From positions 4,224,001 to 4,288,000 of the forward strand of contig OZ252098.1 in the NCBI GenBank assembly GCA_965248355.1: a stretch of 64,000 bases of DNA, written 5' to 3'. The position numbers and the translations under genes were made by a program. Positions within the stretch are counted from its first letter, which is position 1. Each line of letters begins with the position of its first letter. The notes below the pieces were generated by a model. That model worked only from the letters and a program-made list of their open reading frames with translations, searched no databases and was not told the origin of the DNA. The stretch comes from Candidatus Latescibacterota bacterium (lineage in GTDB: Bacteria > Latescibacterota > UBA2968 > UBA8231). Positions 57,553 to 64,000 of this stretch are shown in pieces.

Positions 57553-58976
57553 GAGGCCGCCTCCGCCGCGGGCGAGGCCTTCGCCGGGCTCTCCTCGATG
57601 ACGCGCATCGACTTCCAGGGGCCGATCCGGAAGCGCCGGTAGAACACGGCCGCCGCCACCGCCAGGTAGACGACGATGAAGACCCACACGGTGAAGAGGC
57701 CGGCGTCGAACCACTCCACGGCGATCAGCGGCGGCGCCACCATGAGCGACAGCCCGAGCAGGACCGAGGCGTACATGATGTAGCGCGTGTCGCCGGCCCC
57801 CTTGAGAGCGGCGGTGAACATCATGTAGGCGGCGTCCAGGAGGCAGTAGAGGCCGACGATCCGGAGCAGGGAGCGGGCCAACTCCCGGGCGGCGGCGAAA
57901 TCCTCGCCCGAGGCGCCCGCCCCGTACGGCGCCAGGAACAGGTCGGGCACCAGGATGTAGGAGGCGGACATCACCCCCGCGTAGGCGAGGGCCAGGTGGA
58001 CGCCGCTCCAGGTGCAGTACTCGGCCTCGGCGGGAGCGTCGGCGCCGAGGCGCTGACCGACCATGGTGGACAGACCGATGCCGGCGCCGATGAGGGGCAT
58101 GAAGGCGAGGCTGTTGATGTTGAAGGCGAGGTTGCTCGCCGTCAGCTCCAGGGTGCCCACCCGTCCGACGATGAGGACGAAGAAGGTGAAGGAGAAGATG
58201 TCGAGCATGAAGTTGACGCCGTTGGCGCCGCCGAAGCGGAGGAGCCGTCCGAAGAGGGCGGGGTCCAGGCGCCAGGCGGCGTAGGTGGCGAACCGCCGGC
58301 GGTGGGAGGGACGCGCCAGCAGCAGGAGGTAGAGGCCGGCGGCGAACGTGGCCGCGATGTTGGTCGCCCAGGCGGCGCCCTGCAGGCCCATCGCGGGCAG
58401 GCCCCAGTGGCCGAAGATCAGCCCGTAGTCGAGGACGATGTTGACGCCGGTGGCGGCGGCGTTGACGCCGAGGACGGACCAGGTCCGGCCGCGGCCGCTG
58501 TAGAAGCAGGAGAGGGACGTGGACAGGATCAGGGGGCCCACGCCGTAGCAGAGGATCCGGAAGTAGACGACCTCGTTGGCGCGGATGCGCTCCTCGTGGC
58601 CCACGAGGTCGAAGATCGGAACCGCCAGCAGGGCCACCAGCAGTCCGGCGGCGGCGCTCATGATCGCCACGTAGCCGCCCTGCCACAGGGCGGCGCCCAC
58701 CCGCTCCGGGCGGCCGGCGCCGACGTACTGGGCGACGAAGGTGTTCACGTACCCCGCGATGCCCAGGAAGAAGCTGACGAAGACGAAGCTCGTCAGCCCC
58801 GCCGGCAGCGACGCGGCCAGGGCGTCGGTGGAGTGCCAGGTGAGGAAGACGCGGTCGACGAAGTGCTGGATGCTCCAGCTCGCCGTGCTGAGGATCAGGG
58901 GGAAGGCGATCCGCAGGAACTCGCGGTAGCCGCCGGGGGCGGACCAGCGCGAGCGCAGGGGCGCGAGGATCTTCAA
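57549..58976 (-). CDS. MATE family efflux transporter
   Basis: About 12 TM segments, VAQYVGA, NIVLDYGLIFG, VGQRLGA and ALKGAGDT motifs. Confidence 0.92.
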   Translation of the reverse strand: MKILAPLRSRWSAPGGYREFLRIAFPLILSTASWSIQHFVDRVFLTWHSTDALAASLPAGLTSFVFVSFFLGIAGYVNTFVAQYVGAGRPERVGAALWQGGYVAIMSAAAGLLVALLAVPIFDLVGHEERIRANEVVYFRILCYGVGPLILSTSLSCFYSGRGRTWSVLGVNAAATGVNIVLDYGLIFGHWGLPAMGLQGAAWATNIAATFAAGLYLLLLARPSHRRRFATYAAWRLDPALFGRLLRFGGANGVNFMLDIFSFTFFVLIVGRVGTLELTASNLAFNINSLAFMPLIGAGIGLSTMVGQRLGADAPAEAEYCTWSGVHLALAYAGVMSASYILVPDLFLAPYGAGASGEDFAAARELARSLLRIVGLYCLLDAAYMMFTAALKGAGDTRYIMYASVLLGLSLMVAPPLIAVEWFDAGLFTVWVFIVVYLAVAAAVFYRRFRIGPWKSMRVIEESPAKASPAAEAAS

Positions 58977-59074
58977 GGAGCGCCGCCGGTTGCCGCCATC
59001 TGTCGAATCCCTAGCTTTCGCACCTCACCCCCCCCCTTGCACAGAAGCACCTGAATCTCTCTCCCCGTCGAGAC

Positions 59075-59722
59075 ATGGGCAAGAACAAGGACAGGTCCGG
59101 CAAGTCGGAGCAGCGCACCGCCTACGGCGTGACCATCCTCAAGGCCAGCCACCCCCGGGTGCGGGCCCTGAAGAAGGACCACGAACCGGAGATCCACGGC
59201 GACCGGTTCTGGAACAGCAGCTACCTGATCATGGACTTCCTCGAGCGCCAGGGGCTGCCCGCCGGCTCCCGGGTGATGGAGGTCGGCTGCGGCTGGGGGC
59301 TGCTCGGCATCTACTGCGCCAGCAAGCACGGCGCCGAGGTCGTCGGCGTCGACGCCGACGCCAAGGTCTTCCCCTACCTGCACCTGCACGCCGAGGTCAA
59401 CGGCGTGGCCCTGCAGACACGCCGTTCCCGCTTCGAGAAGCTCACCAAGTCCCAGCTGGCCGGCACCCGGGTGGTGCTGGGCGCCGACATCTGCTTCTGG
59501 GACGAGATGATCGACCCTCTGTACCGGATGATCCGCAAGGCGTCGCGCGCCGGCGTCGAGCAGATCGTCCTCGCCGATCCCGGCCGGCCCCCCTTCGACG
59601 AGTTGTGCGAGCGGGCCAAGAAGGACCTGGGGGGCGAGGTGAAGGAGTGGGAGGTCAGCCGGCCGGTGAAGACCCACGGCTGGCTGCTGATCGTGGGCAG
59701 CCTGCCCACCGCCTCGGGCTGA
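59075..59722 (+). CDS. Class I SAM-dependent methyltransferase
   Basis: FWNSS, VMEVGCGWG and LGADI motifs. Confidence 0.85.
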   Translation: MGKNKDRSGKSEQRTAYGVTILKASHPRVRALKKDHEPEIHGDRFWNSSYLIMDFLERQGLPAGSRVMEVGCGWGLLGIYCASKHGAEVVGVDADAKVFPYLHLHAEVNGVALQTRRSRFEKLTKSQLAGTRVVLGADICFWDEMIDPLYRMIRKASRAGVEQIVLADPGRPPFDELCERAKKDLGGEVKEWEVSRPVKTHGWLLIVGSLPTASG

Positions 59723-59759
59723 CCCGCGCGGCAGGCCGAACCCGCGGGCCCCGGACCGT

Positions 59760-60734
59760 TCAGAACCAGTTCTTCTTGTCCACCACGTTGACGAGGTCGT
59801 CGCCGTCGCGCAGCCGCCGGCCGTTCTCGATCAGCAGCTGCAGGCGCCGCTCCTCCAGGTAGGGCCCGGCCCCGGCCACGTGGGGCGTCATCAGGAAGTT
59901 CGGCGCCTTCCACAGGCGGTGATTCTCCGGCAGCGGCTCGATCTCGAAGACATCCAGGGCGGCGCCGCCGATGGTGCCTGCGTACAGGGCGTCGGCCAGG
60001 TCCTCCAGGACCACGTTCACGCCCCGGCCGATGTTGATGAGCACGCCGGTGCGCTTCATCCGCGCCAGCCGCTCCGCGTTCATCAGGCCCTCCATGGCCG
60101 GCGTCTGGGGCGCCGTCATGATGACGAAGTCGCCGCGGCCGATGTGCTCGTCCAGGGTCTCGGGCCGGTGCAGCTCGGCAACCCCCTCGGGGGGCTCGGG
60201 CACGCGCGGGTCGATGGCGATCACGCGCACGCCGAAGTGGGCCAGGAGGCGCGCCGTCTCGCCGCCGATGCCCCCGGCGCCGATGAGGACCGCCGCGGCC
60301 TCGGGCAGGTGCAGGGTGGCGGCGGACTCCCCGCCCGGCTCCCAGACCCCCTCGAGCTGCCGGGGCAGGTAGCGGTGCAGGCCCCGGGCGAAGGCCAGGA
60401 CGAAGGCCATGATGTGGGCCGCGATGTGGTCGGAGTAGATGCCGCGCTGGTTGGTGACCGTCACGTCGCTGTCGACCAGCTCCGGGAAGTAGAACCCCGG
60501 GCCCGGCCCCGCCGCCGGCGCGCACAGCCAGGTCAGCTCCCGGGCGGCGGCCAGCAGCTCCGCATCGAGGGTGCCGAAGGCGCCGCGTACCTCGCCGATC
60601 CGCTGCAGCGCCTCCTCTCTCGAGGCGGGCAGAAGGATCTCGAGCTCCGGCACCTGCTCGCGCAGGGCCTCCGCCCAGTGGCGCAGACGGTCGTTCACGG
60701 GCGGCAGGAACATGAACTTGTAGTGGCGTGGCAT
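59760..60734 (-). CDS. D-2-hydroxyacid dehydrogenase
   Basis: IGAGGIG, INIGRG, LDVFEIEPL and MTPHVAG motifs. Confidence 0.93.
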   Translation of the reverse strand: MPRHYKFMFLPPVNDRLRHWAEALREQVPELEILLPASREEALQRIGEVRGAFGTLDAELLAAARELTWLCAPAAGPGPGFYFPELVDSDVTVTNQRGIYSDHIAAHIMAFVLAFARGLHRYLPRQLEGVWEPGGESAATLHLPEAAAVLIGAGGIGGETARLLAHFGVRVIAIDPRVPEPPEGVAELHRPETLDEHIGRGDFVIMTAPQTPAMEGLMNAERLARMKRTGVLINIGRGVNVVLEDLADALYAGTIGGAALDVFEIEPLPENHRLWKAPNFLMTPHVAGAGPYLEERRLQLLIENGRRLRDGDDLVNVVDKKNWF

Positions 60735-60988
60735 GGATCGCTCGTCAGGATTTGGACCGGTGCGCTGCCTTCAGGACGCCCCAGGAGGCCGGCGCCACAT
60801 GCGTCCCTGCGTCAGCCGGATCGTAGTTGCTGGTGCCTTCCCGGGCGGGGTTGGCGCCGTGGAAGAAGCTGGTGCGCCCCGGGGAACAGGCCCCCGGCCG
60901 CCAGGGCCAGGGCCAGCGAGAGAGTCAGTGAAGCACGGGTCATGGGTCGATCAATATCCCCGAAGGGGCCGAAACCCGCAATCTCTTC

Positions 60989-61792
60989 TTAACGGGTCCG
61001 GGCGCCGTCGCGCGCGCTCATCCAGCCTTCGAAGAAGCAGGCCATGGTGGGGAACCGCTCCGCCGGATTCTCGCGGCAGGCGCGCTCCAGAACCTCGGAC
61101 ACTCCATCGCCGTCGCCGGCCCGGGCGAGGAAGACGGCCGCCGCCCGTCCCATGGTGAAGACCGTGGTGCGCTCGTCGATGCGGGCCCCCCGCGTGAACT
61201 CCTCGGGGGCCATGAAGCGCGTCGAGCCGAACATGCGCCCCATCTCGTTGACGAACGGCCCGCGCCGGTAGAGGTCCAGGTCGACGAGGTGCACGGCTTC
61301 CCGCTCGAAGTCGTAGATCACGGAGCCGTCGTAGAAGTCGCAGGCGATCCAGCCCCGCTCCGCCAGCCGCTGGTGGACGTCGTAGATCACGTCCAGGACC
61401 CGCAGGATCGTCTCCGCCGGCAGGTGCAGGAACCGGTGGAAGGAGGATCCCGGGCGGTCCCGCTCCCCGGTCTCGACCCGCAGCAGAAGGCCCTCGACCC
61501 AGTCGTAGACCAGCAGGGGGCCGTCGGGAGCCTCGACGATGTGGTGCAGGGCCGGCAGGGCCCGGTGGGTCAGGGAGCGGGCCACGGCGGCGGCGTTCCT
61601 CAGGATGCCGCCCCTGGCTCGGTGGTCGGCCCCGGGTGTGGAGAACCCGGCCTCGCCGGGGGTCTTGACGAAGAACCGGCGGCCGGCGACCTCCACGCCG
61701 TAGGAGATGTTGCCGGAGTCCTGGGTCTCCTCACCGAAGCGGGCGAAGACCTCGCCGTCGGCCCCGCGGCGCGGCGCTTCGGCGGGCGCCAT
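60989..61792 (-). CDS. Ser/Thr protein kinase-like protein
   Basis: FFVK, CDFYDGS, VDLD and GSTRFMAPEE motifs. Confidence 0.8.
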   Translation of the reverse strand: MAPAEAPRRGADGEVFARFGEETQDSGNISYGVEVAGRRFFVKTPGEAGFSTPGADHRARGGILRNAAAVARSLTHRALPALHHIVEAPDGPLLVYDWVEGLLLRVETGERDRPGSSFHRFLHLPAETILRVLDVIYDVHQRLAERGWIACDFYDGSVIYDFEREAVHLVDLDLYRRGPFVNEMGRMFGSTRFMAPEEFTRGARIDERTTVFTMGRAAAVFLARAGDGDGVSEVLERACRENPAERFPTMACFFEGWMSARDGARTR

Positions 61793-61813
61793 CGGCGGGC
61801 GGGCTTCTGCGGC

Positions 61814-62539
61814 TCACTCGGCGGCTCCCGCGGGGGCCTCGAAAGTCCCTGACGGCGCTCTTCGGCCCGGGGGCGGATCGGCGGCGAACCGGGCCAGCTC
61901 CTCCAAGTCCCTCTCCACGCCCCGCCGCCAGGCCTCCTGGCGATACAGCGAGAAGCCGAAGGAGGTGACGCGGTCGAAGTCCAGATTGAGCTCCGCCGTC
62001 TCGGTGAGGGTTCGCTCCAGGGCGGCCTGGATGTGCTGCCGGGTGAGGCCGATCACGGAGTCGGGCGAGGTCGACTCCACGACGGCCGTCGAGAGCATCC
62101 GGGGCACGTCCCGGTTCAGCTTTCGCGCCGCCACCTCGAAGAGGGCGAAGTGGATCTGCTCGTGCTCCAGGACGTACATGGGGGACAGGCCGTGCTCCTG
62201 GTTCCACCAGGAGCAGGAGCGCGAGAACATGGCGCGGAAGGAGAGGCCCTCGACGCGGGGCCGGTAGGGGCCCTGGCCCGCCGGGCGGGTGGGTTCGGCG
62301 AAGACCCGGGCCTGGTGGTCGACGGCGACGAAGGCGCAGGAGACGGCCACCGGCCGCGGCAGGTCGACGCGGCCCAGGAAGGGCTTGGGCGGGTGCTCTC
62401 CCCGGAAGTCCCCCCGCGTCAGGGCGCGGTAGGGGATGACGTCGGCTGTGTCGAGGCGGACCGAGGAGATCTGGCCGGCGGCGGGAACCGCGGCCAGGGC
62501 CGTGGCCGCGAGCGGAAGCAGGAGGAGGAGGGCGCCCAT
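61814..62539 (-). CDS. Secreted DUF922-like Zn-protease candidate
   Basis: Signal peptide, LTRGDFRG and VLEHEQIHFALFE (HExxH). Confidence 0.7.
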   Translation of the reverse strand: MGALLLLLPLAATALAAVPAAGQISSVRLDTADVIPYRALTRGDFRGEHPPKPFLGRVDLPRPVAVSCAFVAVDHQARVFAEPTRPAGQGPYRPRVEGLSFRAMFSRSCSWWNQEHGLSPMYVLEHEQIHFALFEVAARKLNRDVPRMLSTAVVESTSPDSVIGLTRQHIQAALERTLTETAELNLDFDRVTSFGFSLYRQEAWRRGVERDLEELARFAADPPPGRRAPSGTFEAPAGAAE

Positions 62540-62619
62540 GGCCGCCGAATCTCAGGCGCCGCCGGCGGCCGGGCAACCTCTCGACACGGGTGCGGCCGGG
62601 CGATAGCTTGGCGCCCGCC

Positions 62620-63597
62620 ATGCAAGGACTGATGAGATCGGCCAGACTGGTGGAGCCCCGCCGCTGGGAGCTGCTGGAGCAGGAGATCCCGGAGCCGGTG
62701 GACGGGAACATGCTCGTGCGCCTGCGGCGCACGGCGATCTGCGGCACCGACAAGCCCTCGTGGGTCGGCCTGGCCGGCGACTACCCCCTGGCCCCGGGGA
62801 CCAGCGGCCACGAGGCCATGGGCACGGTGGCGGCCTGTCCGTCGGGCCGCTACGCCGAGGGCGAGCTGGTGCTGCTCTACGGCTTCGACCGGCCCCTCTA
62901 CCAGGAGTACTGCCTGGCCACCGACGACGGCGGCTGCATCCGCCTGCCCGCCGATGCCGAGCCCGAGGTGGTGCTCATGAGCCAGCTCTTCGGCACCGTG
63001 CTGCACGCCTTCTACAAGCTCGGCAACCTCATCGGCCAGGACGTGGTCGTCCTCGGACAGGGCCCGGTGGGGCAGCTCTTCAACGCCGCCCTGCGCAACC
63101 TCGGCGCCCGCCGCATCGTCGCCGTGGACCCGCTGGCCCACCGCCGCGAGCTGGCGCCGAGGATGGGCGCCACCCACGCCCTGGCCCCCGGCGGCGACCT
63201 GCGCGACCAGGTCCTGGCCATCACCGGCGGGGAGCCCCCCCACATGGTGGTGGAGGCGGTCGGCCTGGAGGCCACCTTCCACCAGGCCGCCGGGCTCGTT
63301 CGCCGCGGCGGCACCATCCTCTACTTCGGGGTGCCCAACAAGGATCCGGGCCGCGGAGTGATGTCGCTGAACTTCCTGGGCATGTTCGGCAACGAGACCC
63401 GCATCGTCACCACCGTGGGGCCGGACCCCCACGCCGACTACGCCACCGCCCTGCAATGGATCACCGAGGGCCGCATCGACGTGCGCCCCATGATCACCCA
63501 CGTGCTGCCCTTCGAGCGCATCCAGCAGGCCTTCGAGATGGCCTTCGAGGACCCGGCCGCCCACGGGGCGGTGAAGGTGGTGCTCAGCTTCGAGTAG
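62620..63597 (+). CDS. Zn-dependent alcohol/polyol dehydrogenase (MDR family)
   Basis: ICGTD, GHEAMG, LGQGPVG, EAVG and ITHVLP motifs. Start is 62620 or 62632. Confidence 0.9.
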   Translation: MQGLMRSARLVEPRRWELLEQEIPEPVDGNMLVRLRRTAICGTDKPSWVGLAGDYPLAPGTSGHEAMGTVAACPSGRYAEGELVLLYGFDRPLYQEYCLATDDGGCIRLPADAEPEVVLMSQLFGTVLHAFYKLGNLIGQDVVVLGQGPVGQLFNAALRNLGARRIVAVDPLAHRRELAPRMGATHALAPGGDLRDQVLAITGGEPPHMVVEAVGLEATFHQAAGLVRRGGTILYFGVPNKDPGRGVMSLNFLGMFGNETRIVTTVGPDPHADYATALQWITEGRIDVRPMITHVLPFERIQQAFEMAFEDPAAHGAVKVVLSFE

Positions 63598-64000
63598 GGC
63601 CCCTATAGGGTGTCTGAGCCCCGTTCGTCTCGACGTACACCGAGAACAGCGACTGCGAACAGGTCATGAACAGCCGGTTCTTCTTCGCGCCGCCAAAGCA
63701 GAGGTTGGCGCAGGGCGCCGGCAGGTGGATCTTGCCGATCAAGGTCCCGTCCGGGGCAAGACAGTGCACGCCGTCGTAGCCCTCTCCCCCCCAACAGGCC
63801 CCCGACCACAGGTTTCCATCCGCATCGGTGCGGACCCCGTCCGAGGAGCCAGGTTCCATGTCCGCGAACACGCGCCCGTTCGCAAGGCGGCTGCCGTGGA
63901 CGTCGAAGACGCGGATGTGAGTGGGGTATTCAGGCCCGTCGGAGCGCCCGGTATCGACGATGTAGAGCAGCGACTCGTCCGGACTGAAACAGAGGCCGTT
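63584..64000 (-). CDS. SMP-30/gluconolactonase family protein, C-terminal part
   Basis: NGLCFSPDE, DGVRTDADGNLW and ANLCFGG motifs. Runs off the right edge. Confidence 0.9.
   Translation of the reverse strand, partial: NGLCFSPDESLLYIVDTGRSDGPEYPTHIRVFDVHGSRLANGRVFADMEPGSSDGVRTDADGNLWSGACWGGEGYDGVHCLAPDGTLIGKIHLPAPCANLCFGGAKKNRLFMTCSQSLFSVYVETNGAQTPYRGPTRS

Noticed and set aside
4489..63809. Many long overlapping or antisense ORFs in the track (for example 6000-7448, 7120-8745, 31820-33640, 51642-53519)
   Set aside because: Shadow frames of high-GC genes: Arg/Gly/Pro-rich, without motifs, and overlapping well-supported CDSs

Overview
GC-rich, gene-dense bacterial DNA with no rRNA, tRNA or CRISPR array. 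Inference: an FCB-related Gram-negative such as Latescibacterota or Gemmatimonadota, possibly host-associated. This rests on a T9SS/FlgD-like C-terminal domain, a C-terminal SWxQVK-type motif, a YWTD repeat protein and an expansion of enolase-superfamily, Gfo/Idh/MocA and AKR genes. The backbone is mostly sugar-acid and small-molecule catabolism plus glyA, xylB, fbaB, an NSAR/OSBS enzyme, a MATE transporter and a ROK kinase. It is interrupted by compositionally distinct accessory blocks. (1) 1-4380: portal-like tail, intact IS5, frameshifted YWTD surface protein and an IS3 relic. (2) 9656-11316: a translationally coupled two-gene cassette (DUF4365 nuclease plus an uncharacterised HicA-like/OB-like protein), a candidate undescribed defence system. 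(3) 25630-35830: a defence island with a GIY-YIG relic and a HigB/HigA-ImmA module bracketed by ~170-bp diverged direct repeats, next to a complete, divergent type III-like Wadjet (jetABCD). (4) 50600-53360: frameshifted secreted protein, IS66 and an HNH relic. Also notable are a DHOR-Rieske-porin operon with twin DtxR/MntR-like operators, a 23-bp tandem duplication that creates a natural bicistronic leader on an AKR gene, and many internally deleted gene relics. All family calls come from motif recognition by eye; no database searches were run.
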